NCBI GenBank assembly: GCA_900088475.1
Contig: FLMG01001021.1
Location: forward strand, 1 to 64,000
DNA from: Hyphochytrium catenoides
Lineage: Eukaryota; Protista; Hyphochytriomycota
DNA: 64,000 bases
Reading direction: 5' to 3'
Position 1 is the stretch's first letter. Each line of letters opens with the position of its first letter. A program made the position numbers and the translations under genes. Shown here piece by piece: positions 11,801 through 23,425 of this stretch. The notes beneath the pieces were generated by a model that did no database searches, was not told the origin of the DNA, and was given only the letters and a program-made list of their open reading frames with translations.

Positions 11801-14800
11801 ACAAGTACCCGGCAGTCCAACGGATGGTATCGATATTCCCGAGTCCATATTCCAACTAAAGCGCTTGAGTTCCTCTCGCTCTCCGACGTTTTAGGGACTG
11901 CGCTCTTGAATTTATTGTACACCTCCGCTGCTACTTGGTTGACCAGAGCTTTAGTGGGTGCCACGTAGACCACCACGCCTTCTGGGTCTTCGACATCCCG
12001 TAGTACTTTCTCCATTGCATAGTAAGCAATGAAGGTCTTGCCTGAAGAGGTTGGAGCGTCAACCAGCACGCTCACACCCTTGTCTACAGCATCTAGCAGT
12101 TTGACTTGCCACTCATCAGGCCTAAAAGGTACACGATGGTCTTTTTTTGAACCCACAAGGCGCTGACGGCTCAGTAAGGGTCCCATATGGAGCATCTGAA
12201 AGGCTGTAGGATGCATTTCCAAGGAGCACACCCTCCAAGTCTCAGCCTCCTTCAGTGCGGAAAACCCCCTAAGAGGAGGAAGATGATAGGGCCTTTCCAG
12301 GTCGAAGTAGTTACGGTTAGCTCTATATGATTTCCGCAGACACCTAGACCGCTTGGCCAAGAGCTCTGGCGATTGAGACCTCAGTCCAAGGGTAAGGCAA
12401 TCATCACTGCTTCGTGAAGGTAGATAGATTGAGAACCCCAGCAGCTCAAAAACAAGCTCCATCTCCTCCCGCCGGTCGCTCGAAAGTTCGAGCGAAGAAT
12501 GAACCCCCTCCGCTAATAAACAATCTACCAGCATGAAGACATGGGCTCCAAGATGTAGGGAATCCTCCTTCATGCCAGTGCTTGCTTGCTCTGTCAAAAT
12601 AGTCTCTGCAGTGTCTCTGAGTCGCAGCCTCGCCTCAATATAGCGCTGCACGGTGATGCGCAACTCGAGCCAGAGAAGTTGCAGTCGAATGGCTACCACC
12701 TCTGGGGCTTCGGCGTCGTCGAAAGCGTCGTTTACCTTTCTCTGTGCCTCAATGATGCCCAACGCCATAGGCACGCCCTGACTACCTTGCGACACCAGCC
12801 CCTCATGTGCTTGTAGCAGCTGTTCGAACGCTTTTTTCACCCTTCTTCCAATCTCTTCTCGCCTGGCCTTATGCAAGATCTCCTCCCTCTTTGATTCAGT
12901 CTTCTTCTTCTTGCCCTTAGACTCCTTCTTGATCACCTCAGAGGACGACGAGCAAGGGTTTGCAACGCGAGTTGCAGGGGGCCAGGCAGTATCTCCAGCT
13001 ACGGTCTCCCTCCTCATGAATGACCCCTTTCCAGACGACAGGGACTGAGCGTATCGTTCCAGATGACGAGCGAACGTCTGCTCGTTTTTGAGCTCCCAGA
13101 AGGTTTTTTGCTTCTTGGAAGCGTCGTCAGTCTCTAGCTCCTTATAGCTATGCCAATGCATGGTGTCACGATGGGTAACTGTGGAGAAGGGCAAAGGAGG
13201 ACGGTAAGAGGAATTTAGGGGCTGGCATTTTCAAAGAAGGTGAAACAAGGGTGCTGCAAAGAAGACGTTGGGAGAGCAGGGATGGATAATTATTACTAAG
13301 CCCAGGCCACGCACCTCCTTCAGACTTCCCAAGAAGCGTAACTTCTGCCAGCATGTTTCCATCGTCCCATCCAGGGAGGAGATGGTGTCCGGTAAACTTC
13401 TCGTCTACTGGCGAGTTGCTCGTTGAGGAAGAAGATAGAAACTGGTTGAAAAAGGCATTCTGAAGAGGACCCACAAGTAGCTTGGGCGGCGGAGACGATG
13501 TTCGAGCTCCTCCTACTACTATTGTTTTCATTGCAATGCTGTGTTCTTCGTAGCCATCCTCACTGGAAGAGGTCGCTTTTAGAGTAGAAGACGCCAGCAG
13601 TGGGGATTTGCAATGCGCAACAGAGCAGACGAGTTCTGGCCATGTCCCACTTCGCTGCTTTCCCGCATAAGCAAGTACCAGCCCCCATAGCTGACCATGA
13701 ACTTGTTGAATTGCTGGATGAAGGTCTTCCCAGCGCAACTCCTCGTTCACTACGAGTTGAACCAACTCTAGGAGTAATGACTCATCTACAAGGTCGAAGA
13801 TATCTCTGCTGCTTTCCCCACCATGAGAAAGTGCAGAGTAAGAACCACATGCGGAATTATCCTCCACCTGGCACGGTGGGTGCGTTTTTTCTCTTTGTGA
13901 ACCCGCCGCCTCCCCTAACCAAGGAAGGAAGAGAGCTCTGATGCCGTCTTCTGATGTCAGAAGCCCGTAGGTCACGCCGTACAACTCCATTAGCAGACCT
14001 CGTACCGTGTTTCGCACCTCCCGATGAATAGCTACTGGAGTCATCATTCGGCTCCTCCATCTCAGCGGAATGGCATGGAGCATTAGTTGCTGAGCTAGTA
14101 GTACTTGAAGAACTAACTCGGTTAGGGCTTGAGCCGCAGAAGGAGAGGTCTGACTGTTATCAGGTTGACACTCCTTTCCCTCGAGCAGATATAGAGTGAT
14201 GAGGAGCCTACTAGTAACACTGTTTTGCAGGGCCTGCTGGTTGTTAATGACCTCCGAGTATCCGCGTAGCCGGCCACGCAAGGCTTGGACTTGCTCTTGT
14301 TCAGCCAAGCTGGTCAGCGAGTTATTCCTGAAGTAACTTAGAAGGCTCAGCCTTGCCTTTTTCAACTCTTCGCCATCAACCAAAGCGCGGACCACACTCA
14401 GAAGTTGCCTGTTTCTGTACGAGTGTCGGCAGTATTCTGCATTGGCAACTACTCTTGAGCCTTCGAAGGAAATATCAGGGAGGAAAGCGATTGACATATC
14501 CCTACTATGACACTCATCCATGAAGCCCTCCATAAGGATAGAGTACGCCTTTTCAGCTGAAAGAAGGGGTTTCTTCTTCTCCTGTACAACGGGTCCAAAG
14601 ACCAGCGCGAAGAGTGGAGAATTGTCCTTCAGATAGTGGTCCCAATCGGTTTCTTCCATCATCTCAACCTCGTCTGTCCGATCTTCAGCGTCGATCGCCA
14701 GAGGAGTGAGCCAGCTGGAAAGACTTACAAGATGGATATCTGTGTTCAAGCTCAAATGCTGGCGAACAATCTCCCTAAAGGCTAACCGTCTTGGGTCATT

Positions 14801-15145
14801 GAGGGACAACGCGAGGCCGTGATCCTCAAAAAAGACGACGTGGAAAACAGCGCCACAGTCCCGCAGACTGGCCAAGAACTTCTCTACTAAATGCACGAGA
14901 TAGAGCAACGACGCCTCGTCGCTTGGGGTTACAGGTAAATCGTATTTTGCAGCGTTGGGTTGGAGCCAGAAGTAAGCGAGAAGGCTGTCTCCGTCGATGA
15001 AAAAGAGATCTCGTCCTCCAAAGTCTCCAATCAAATCCACCCGTTGAAGAAAGCCGAGAGAAGGCTTCAAATGGGACGGGTCGCTTGTGGCAGCCCTAAC
15101 AGCAGCCTTCTGTTTGGCCTTCTGATGCATTGCCGTCTTGCTCAT
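8866..15145 (-). CDS. DDX60: DDX60-like Ski2-family RNA helicase (~2050 aa) with one intron at 13179-13314
   Basis: N-terminal DLIGDFGG.DLFFIDGDSLL and HWH motifs typical of the DDX60 family. Helicase motifs APTSSGKT, VYVAPTKALVNQV, DEIQ, LSAT, GIGIHHAG, ATGTLALGINMP, QTSGRAGRRG. The GTGCGT...CCACAG intron joins the two ORFs in frame (EG-VTHRD). Confidence 0.92.
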
Positions 15146-17023
15146 GACTGCTGCTTCTTCTCCAAAGTCTTAAGTGTCCGGGGAGATGCGGTCGCAACTA
15201 CAATCCGCTTTGCTGGAACTGATCGATTAGTGATAGAGTTATAAATGTGAAGACAGTCCCTAGCTCAATAGGCAGGCACCTTTTACTTTCTCTTACTAAC
15301 ACCTGCCTGGTGCACCAGCAGTGAACTGAATGGAGATTATGACGACCGACAAAGCACCGCAGCAGTATGGCAGGTAACAGCAGCAGAAGAAGGGTGCGGC
15401 GGTGCCCCTACTCCTCCGCTCCAGTTCAGCATCGATCTTCGTTGCTTCTTGATGCGCCTTTGTTTCTCAGCAGGAAAGACATGTTAGAAGAGAGGAGGGA
15501 GCTGTTCTTCTCAGACAGGCAGACAGGAGACACCAGAAGAAAACGACTCGTCATCGACTTGGATCATGCAGTCAATCCAAGATCACATGATCTTTTTGGG
15601 TGCGCACGGAGGACCTCCAACTATTCCAAAGACAGGCTTATCAGAATCCGTATGTGCGCATGTGAACAGCAAATGCGGATTGTTCACAAACTGGAGAAAG
15701 TGCTGTTGTAACCGCCCATGAAGCTAATGACTAATTTATTTAGCTTCCAAGCGCTCCCTCCTCCCGCTCCCGTTTCCCAACGCTCATAAAAAACTCCCTC
15801 TTCTCTGGCTTTGGGTCCCCACCACTTCTCCACAACCTCGCCTCTCTATTCTCAGGTGACCCTTCCTATCCGCATCAGGCTCGCAACAACAGCGTCCCCT
15901 TTCCTTCCCCTCCTCCTCAACCTTGAGGTGATCTAGTGGTAAGTGAAAGCGATGAAAGCGAAGTGGTAGAAGTCGCTGTCTCATTTGCGCACTTTTTTGT
16001 TGTGTGAAGGCCTGGATGTACGTACTATATATATTGGAGTAAAGGCCTTTCTTTGGTTGTTTGGGTGACAGGAACAACTTCCTGGCAATTATTGTCTTTG
16101 TGCGTCCAAGGAGCGGAAGAAGGCACCTCTTTTACCGGCAATATGACAATTCGAGTGCGCTCTTGCGCACCATGCATCCAAATAGTGATGATGAGCGACT
16201 AACTACTCGTAGGGTTAGTAGGAACGAAGGGTCGTAGGAGAAAATAGGTGATGAAGGTTAGAGGAGGCCCCGTCCGCAAAACAGTACAGCTGTAGGATTC
16301 ATAATGTCCAGGACTCTCTGCAACCAACCTCTCTGCTGCCTGATGCCGGCCAGCGGCCCAGGCCTCAACGTCAATAATAACAGGTCTAAGAGAAGCCCAC
16401 CCGGCCAGGGGACAAAGTAAAGATTCCATGGCAAGGGATTTTTCCGTGGCAGCGGAACGTGCCAGTCATGTCTGCAGGGGCACCGCACATCCAGAAGCTT
16501 CGGGGGTATGAGGAGGGCGTGCTGTCGGGCTCGAGGAGGTTTCTGCCTTAGGCGTTATCTAGCAGCGTGGGAGACCACCTACTGATGACCGACGTCGTTT
16601 ACCACCGCGAGAATGCGACACTGAGTTGTTAGTTGGACGACGAGGTCGACAGAGTTGGAGGGATAGTCATCTTCTTCTTGCCTTCTTCCCCCATTTACCT
16701 AAAAGGGTCTACTGTCGTCGTGTCCCCATCGATCCACCTCTAACGGTCTAATAATGCAATCATGGTGGCATCGAGGATGCCTTTGCTGAACGGGTTCGAA
16801 TTGCCACAAGCGCCAAGAGGGCCATGCGCGCTCCTTGGAGGGTCACATAGTCTTCAAAATAGGACGGATGGAGTTCGCTTTATCTGGCTGCTTTATATTG
16901 TCGTGTCCCGTAATCATGATAGACAGATAGGGTTCAAGATAAAGCAAGATATAGATCATCATGCCACTCAACGAAGAGGAGAGACGAGCCTACTGCCAGC
17001 GGCGGGAGAGAGAGCACCAGCAG

Positions 17024-18160
17024 CTAATTCTCGGTAAAACAGCTCAGATATCTCAAGGTAGCTAGTAGGCTAACATTGCTCCATGCACACAGAAGCTCAC
17101 ACATGTACCACTGGCATGCCTGTTTATAGGCTGGAGGGTAGCTCTTCCATAATGGAAACAGCTCTTCATGCAAGTCTTGACAGAGATCCCAGATGGAGCC
17201 AGGAGACGTAGGCACCTCATTGGAGTCTACCAGGTCACGAACCCTCTCCCAATTTCCTGGCATTACATTGTCAACATCCAAAACATTGGAGACCCACTCC
17301 GCCCTTCTCTCTTCAGGAATCCACCTAGGATACTCGTGGAGGACATTGTGATGCCCAAGTCGCGCCATGACAATCGCTGTCAGCGGCAGTAGACCTTCGA
17401 AGGGTGAGCCAAATTCCCTTACAAGATGTGCTGGAGCAGAGCCTCGCATGTAAGTCCCGTGATGCACTACCTGCATTAAATAAGGATACGGGACGTTCTT
17501 TCCAGTTTCCATGGGCTCTAGATTCAATGTGCGATGGCGCCACAAACCCTTCCTTTTTTTGAGCCTGGGAATCTCCCGCTCCGGCAAGATATACTCCGGA
17601 CCGAACGCAGGCTCATAAACTTCGCCCGTTCCCGATTTGCCCTGCAGTGTCAACATCAGCTTCCCTTCATCCCCCTTGGTGATGGTCCATGTGTTGGCTA
17701 TAGAAAAGCGTCTCTGCTGATACAGAAAGAAGTCCTTGTCCTGACTTACGATGATGCCTTCGTGGTAGGAAGCGTGGCTGGCTATGACATCGTCAAGATC
17801 ATTGACACAGCTATAGTGCACATCCAGCTGCAGCTCTCGAGCTAACGCACCAATCAAGGTTGACGCAAGTAGGACCGTCCGCTTCTTAGAGCCACGGCGC
17901 AGATCATCTACTCTCCGCTTCCGCCAAACCGACTTAGTGCTCGGTGTGCATATTGCAGCGTCGATGAAAATCTCAAGTCCATGGTAGCCAGCGTTACGAG
18001 CTGCTTCTACGAAGCTCCTGACATTGCGCTCCAGATGTCGAAGCTCGAAGCAGTGCCTGGCAGGACTATTGAAGACGTTTACTCCGTCTATAAAGAGCGC
18101 CTTCTTTCTATCATAGTCCACGACTCTGTGCGGGAGTAAAACGGGAGACGCAGAGTCCAT
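17024..18160 (-). CDS. Intronless PIN-fold (FEN/XPG/Asteroid-like) nuclease, ~378 aa
   Basis: Acidic motifs in PIN/FEN order: LFIDG.N, IFIDAA, W.KRR, DLDDVIA, IVSQDKDFF. Long clean ORF; first ATG at 18160. Confidence 0.75.
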   Translation of the reverse strand: MDSASPVLLPHRVVDYDRKKALFIDGVNVFNSPARHCFELRHLERNVRSFVEAARNAGYHGLEIFIDAAICTPSTKSVWRKRRVDDLRRGSKKRTVLLASTLIGALARELQLDVHYSCVNDLDDVIASHASYHEGIIVSQDKDFFLYQQRRFSIANTWTITKGDEGKLMLTLQGKSGTGEVYEPAFGPEYILPEREIPRLKKRKGLWRHRTLNLEPMETGKNVPYPYLMQVVHHGTYMRGSAPAHLVREFGSPFEGLLPLTAIVMARLGHHNVLHEYPRWIPEERRAEWVSNVLDVDNVMPGNWERVRDLVDSNEVPTSPGSIWDLCQDLHEELFPLWKSYPPAYKQACQWYMCELLCAWSNVSLLATLRYLSCFTEN

Positions 18161-20699
18161 CACACTTTTGGCGCCACGCGAAACTTACGACATCTCAAGC
18201 CAGCAGCCGCTTGGCCCTGTCGGTTCTGGTCTGGTGGTCCAGCTAGGTACGACGACGAAGCAGCAGAGGAACCTGTCGTCCCCCAACGACATGATGATGA
18301 TTGTAGTGTGGGCAGAGACTATCCATCACTCCATCATCCATCATCTGTCAACAGCCCAATAAAGAGTAGCCGCTAACGACGCCGTGAGGCATAGATGTGT
18401 GTCTTCCTAAACGCATGCTCGGAGTAGAGAAGAGCGGCCGGTCTTCGAGGGTTTCAAGAATTGTCTTTCTTGGGCAGTGGTGGAGGCTTCGCTTCTTGTA
18501 CATCGTTTCCTCGGCGATGAAGCAGCAGCTGATAAGCGGGGGATTAGAGGCATTAGCGGGAGAACACGAAAGGAGAAGACATAAGCCCGGGCATGCTGCG
18601 GGGCTGCCAGCTGCTACCTACTAGTAATAGCTAGTAGCGAAGAAGAAAGAAGATGGTAGTGATGGCTGACTGATGATAGGCTTATCTCATATATATAGTT
18701 GTTGTTGCCGGCCGTCAAAACACGCGGCGGCGCACATACCGTGGCGGCTCAAGCTCCTCTTCCTCCCTTCTTGTTGCCCACGGAGGCCAATACTCTTACC
18801 TATAATATGATAAACCGCTAAATATACTACCTACGATGCTAAGAAGAAGAAGCGGCAAAGGAGGGGAGGAGATGACCTGCCTGCATCGCTTCTCCGACGA
18901 CCTTAATTACTAATAGGCACGCAGCAACCTATTGTCTTATCTTCTTTTCTCTAACCCGTCTTGGAGAAGGCGAAAGGAAGGGCACATGATGAAGGTGGGA
19001 CCATGTTCACTCGCAGTCAAACCTTACTCATTGATAATAGGAGAAGTCTCCTACAGCCAGAACCACCAAGAGACCGACCACTTGCTAGCAGCGCACGCAT
19101 CAGACAGCATGGATAGGCAACAAAGTTCCTTCCTACAGTGACTACATTATTCATCGTATGTGATCGCATTGAGGTGACTGTGTACTTGTAGACCTCCTAA
19201 GTATGAATAGTACGACCTCAATCTTCTGGCTCGCAGCCCCCGGACCACTGATTCCTTGACTCCTTTGATCTGCAGGTGGCCATCGTTCGGATTGAATTAT
19301 CTTACTGCTGCTTCGATCACCCACCACATGAAATATGAAGCTCATAACAGCTTAATGGCCCTACGAGCTAGTAGCGGTCTCAGGAGCACTCTAAGATTTG
19401 ACTAAAATAAATGGTTCTAGTCCAAAATCTATCTCAACAACCGCTCCACCACCAGGCAATCACTGTACGCCGGCAATTGATATGCTTAAGGAGATGTATA
19501 GCCTTGTCTTAGAGGAGGTACTACGAGAAAGAAGAAGTCATGTTGGATTTGGGACTCGCTAAACATAAGTTAATATTATATACTTATGGCGGCTAGCAAA
19601 TTACCATTGCGATGGAGGCATGTTGATTGCAGCTTACGTACCAGCAGTGCGCCACATCTTCCCGAAGCGGCGGTGTCTACACCAACGGAGCGTACCTATC
19701 TGGTCTAGTCGTGAAGTAACCTGGATAGTAGTTAGTCTACCGGTACAATTTTATTATTATGGCTATTGAGGAGGAGGGAGAAAAGACATCTAAGTGACCG
19801 AGGCCCATCGAGAAGTATAGGGGTGGCGCACGCTATAAGAATAAGCGTACTTTAGAACTACCTAGAAGCTGAGTCTGGTGCTCCAGCCATCATACACCTT
19901 GTAAATACGTCTAGATCGTTGTTTCCACCCCATTTTGCCATTCCATGCATGAAAGAGAAACGTTGTCCGAAAGTTTGGAGACCTCTTGGCGCGAAATTCT
20001 TCTGAATGATAGAAAGTACCCACTTTCCCAATTGCTTTGTATACCTAAGAACTGGTAAAACTACAGTTTCCGATAGAAAGGCTGCTAGTTCTAACGATAG
20101 CAGCCCAGCACCTGGAAGAAGATGAGGGTCTGATTCTTACTTCCGTCTTCACTAATGTAGACCAGCCACACCTTCCTTGTTTCCCATCAGTGCGTAGAAC
20201 GACGGCGGATGGTCGGTAACTTCTTATGGCCCCTCACTCCGCTGGTGTGGGAGAATAAGAAGCGGACGTAAGAGGCGGACAGAGTACAGTGCAGTGCCCA
20301 TGACATGAGGCAAGAGGTGCTCTACGGTCAAAGTGACAGAACCAACCACCATTACATTTTGCAGGAGGAGGTGTTTGGCCATCATGCCATCATCTAGTTC
20401 TATCAAAGAATTGAAAGGTCTCCAGCGGAGAACTGCGTGTACCGGTTGAACCAATATAATACGCCACTGAGACTTGAGAGAAGCCGAGAAAGATGCGGGT
20501 GAGAGGAGTCCGGTGTGGACGAGTCTAAGAACTGAAGGCGGACGTCTGTGCTTGAGTGGTCAGATATCATAAATCATAAACTTATTAGCGCTAGTACTAG
20601 TATCTAGTAAGGCTGTCTACTTGTACATCTACAGCAAAACGTGCATTAGGAATGCACTGCAACAAACACCGTACACTACCGTTTTAACTGCTGGTCATG

Positions 20700-20860
20700 C
20701 CATCACAGTCATGAGTCCTAAGTGCGTTGCGCGAACAATATTGCTGATAGCCCTTTTTCCCCTGACTGTTCCAGAGATGGGAAGCAGTAGTGATAAAGTC
20801 CATCTGCAGATAAGGCCAGGAGAAAGTGTCCTATCTGTAACAGCCCTAGCCCTGTCGATG
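20700..20860 (-). mobile_element. Decayed Ty3/gypsy integrase fragment
   Basis: Across frameshifts the strand reads GLLQ...SWPYLQMDFIT..LLPISG, matching the gypsy integrase start GLLQPL..PW..ISMDFI.LP.S.G. Confidence 0.45.
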
Positions 20861-21477
20861 GCTGATAATTGCATACTTGATGCTGAATAACAATTGGGAG
20901 AAATTTCTATACGGAGCTGTTCAAGTGTACAGAGTAGGCGAACCTGCCTTCCTTTTTTGGGCTCCTTTCCATGGCAGTTAGAATAACGGTTGTATGGACC
21001 CTAGTCCTGCTATGAAGCCAAACACCTAAGCGTCCAACCAAATAGAAGGCGCCTAAGATGCCTGGAAACCGTGTATGAGCACCGGACCTTTCCTAAAGCA
21101 GAAACAACGAACTGAGTTATCGGTCTCATCGTTGCCCATGCTGATCACTGGAATCGGATAGTAAGAACAGAACCGAGAATCCGGCTGGGTGCAGTCCTCA
21201 CCACCCGAAGGGGAGTAAGGACGAACTGCACAACCTATCACAATTTCCTGCGGAGCGTTGATTAGAGGATTGTCCCACCTTTCTACACAGCACTTCTTCT
21301 CTTTGATATTATTGAAAAAAGACGCATATATATGACCTAGTCATCATTGCAACCGTCTTCACAACCAATTTTTCCACCTTCCAAGCAAACAGCCTGTCCC
21401 TGCTTTCGATAAAAGGTCAGCAGACGGTATTCGAACAGAGGGCCCAATCTGTAACCTTTGCCTTATTAGACTGCACG

Positions 21478-22758
21478 ATGAAGACCATTTCAATCGTAGC
21501 CGTTGCCACTATGCTGCTGGCCGGCACAGCCCACGCGACAACGCTGCCCGTTAGTGTCCCTATCCAAGTCCCGCTATTCCCTGGCCTTCCTACCATCTCA
21601 CAGCCTTTTGCAAGCCAACAGCAGACAATCTGCCCCGTTGGTGAGATTGACACATCTGTCGAAGGCACTGGCACTTTCTGCGCCAAGCTGCCAATATGCG
21701 CTGGTATTCCGGGCATGAATTGTCCGAGAGCTCAGACTCAGGCGTGGGGTTCTTTGCAGGAAGACTCTGTTTGTGAGCGAATCCAGGCTACCGGCGTCTA
21801 CGGCTGTGTGCTCAGGAGTAGGGCCCATGGGAATGGAGGCCAGTACCCAGTTCCAGGGGTTAATGGCCAGCAGGATGGCGGCAAAATCACAATCCCTATT
21901 TCAGGCGGCCAGACCATTACCCTCAGCCCAGGCCCCAATGGGCAGCAAGTTGTGACGGGCCCTAGCGGCCAGAACATGGGTACTATTAACTACCAACCGA
22001 ATGGACAGCTTGTCTTTAACGGTCCAAATGGTCAACAAGTTGCTACCATTGTCAATGGAGGCACTAACCAGCAGTTCATTAATGGCCCTAACGGCCAGCG
22101 CATTGGGACTGTCATGGTCGGGGCCAACAATCAAGCCCTGGTCACGGATGTAAATGGACAACAGCTCCCTGTACAAACCGGCCCCAACGGCCAGCTAGTG
22201 GTCACCATCCCTGGTGGCCAGCAGCTTGTCATCCCTAGACCTAGCCTCAACAACAATTTGATTCCAAATCAGCCTTGGACTACCAATCAGCAGAACAATG
22301 GTTGGCCAACCTGGAACAGCCCTACACCGGCCATTGGCGGATTGAACCCTTGGACCGGGCAGCAGGCGACCTGTGACCCTAACGTGGTACAGACCAACTG
22401 TGCAGGATCCATCAAGTCGATGGCTGCCAATATGCTTGGAGGAGGTCAGATGTCACAGTTTCAACAGCCAATCCAGACTGGTAACAAGTGCTTCATCGCC
22501 TTCAATAACCTCTTCTGCGTTGACGGATGCGATAACTTCCAACTTACCCTTGACGGACCAGGCAACTGTTTTGTTACTTGCCAGAACAAGCCAGTTTGCG
22601 GTACGATCATCAATCCACCCATCCGAGAACTCAATTCCGTCACTCCTGAGCAGCTTAGGTGCGCGTTCAGAAAGATGCAGAACCCCAATGCCAATGACAG
22701 AGATGCCAACACATGCTTCGGCCTCAACCTTAGTGGCATTGGCGGGAGACCTTTCTAA
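21478..22758 (+). CDS. Secreted protein: signal peptide, Cys-rich domain, GPNGQ repeat region, C-terminal Cys-rich domain
   Basis: MKTISIVAVATMLLAGTAHA signal peptide. The DTSVEGTGTFC..PICAG..NCP..EDSVC.RI..TGVYGCV segment resembles Cys domains of oomycete secreted mucin-like/cyst proteins (from memory). About a dozen (G/P)NGQ-type turns. Intronless. Confidence 0.85.
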   Translation: MKTISIVAVATMLLAGTAHATTLPVSVPIQVPLFPGLPTISQPFASQQQTICPVGEIDTSVEGTGTFCAKLPICAGIPGMNCPRAQTQAWGSLQEDSVCERIQATGVYGCVLRSRAHGNGGQYPVPGVNGQQDGGKITIPISGGQTITLSPGPNGQQVVTGPSGQNMGTINYQPNGQLVFNGPNGQQVATIVNGGTNQQFINGPNGQRIGTVMVGANNQALVTDVNGQQLPVQTGPNGQLVVTIPGGQQLVIPRPSLNNNLIPNQPWTTNQQNNGWPTWNSPTPAIGGLNPWTGQQATCDPNVVQTNCAGSIKSMAANMLGGGQMSQFQQPIQTGNKCFIAFNNLFCVDGCDNFQLTLDGPGNCFVTCQNKPVCGTIINPPIRELNSVTPEQLRCAFRKMQNPNANDRDANTCFGLNLSGIGGRPF

Positions 22759-23425
22759 GATAGGAGGTCACTCTATCGCGTTGTTCCACAAGCACGTCAT
22801 AGGTGGCGCATCGGTCGATTTTAGTCTCACTCTCTCGATGCTCAGAATCATCCTTCGTCTCTTCTCCTGACTGTCGTTGACTGCCGCTGCTATCGTCCCC
22901 GCTTTAGAGCCTTGCAGACGGCATAGTGAGTGAATCTTATGGGCGAAGATGCACTTCATTCTGAAGAGCCTCCATCATTTACAGTAGTGCATAGGACAAA
23001 CCTCATAACGGTTCCAGTAGTCCCCCCGGTGGTGATAGTCCATGCAGGATCCATGCAAGGATGCAGGGCATGCGTTCTTGATACAAACCCCACCTGTGTT
23101 TCATATTACGGTATAACATTAATCCTATTCTACATGTGTCTACATCGCCAAAGCCTTGTCATGAAGTGATGAAGTAGAATCAGCCAAAGCTTAGCAGATT
23201 TTGTCTTTCAGAGCATGATCTGGGCTGACACGGGACGCCAGATCTAAAGGCCTTTAGCACATCAATGTGCTCGGTGCCAGCCGTGGCGGAAGGTCATCAT
23301 ACCCCATGAAGCTCTAGTGAGCTAAGCTTTAGAGAGAGAGGTCATGGCTAGACTCTAAAAGTAAGGCTTTTCTGTGTGCAAGAGTCGTTGAGATAGTGTG
23401 CTTAAGAGAGGATCAGGAGTGAGGA

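Noticed and set aside
9034-12816. Many plus-strand ORFs opposite the helicase, and similar ones opposite other genes
   Set aside because: Antisense shadow ORFs with no motifs.
13166-13314. Overlapping 659 aa and 1442 aa ORFs suggesting a programmed frameshift or two-gene operon
   Set aside because: A canonical 136-nt GT-AG intron with a pyrimidine tract joins them in frame.
23166-23228. Box C/D snoRNA-like GTGATGA...CTGA
   Set aside because: No convincing terminal stem or recognisable rRNA guide; such short boxes occur by chance.
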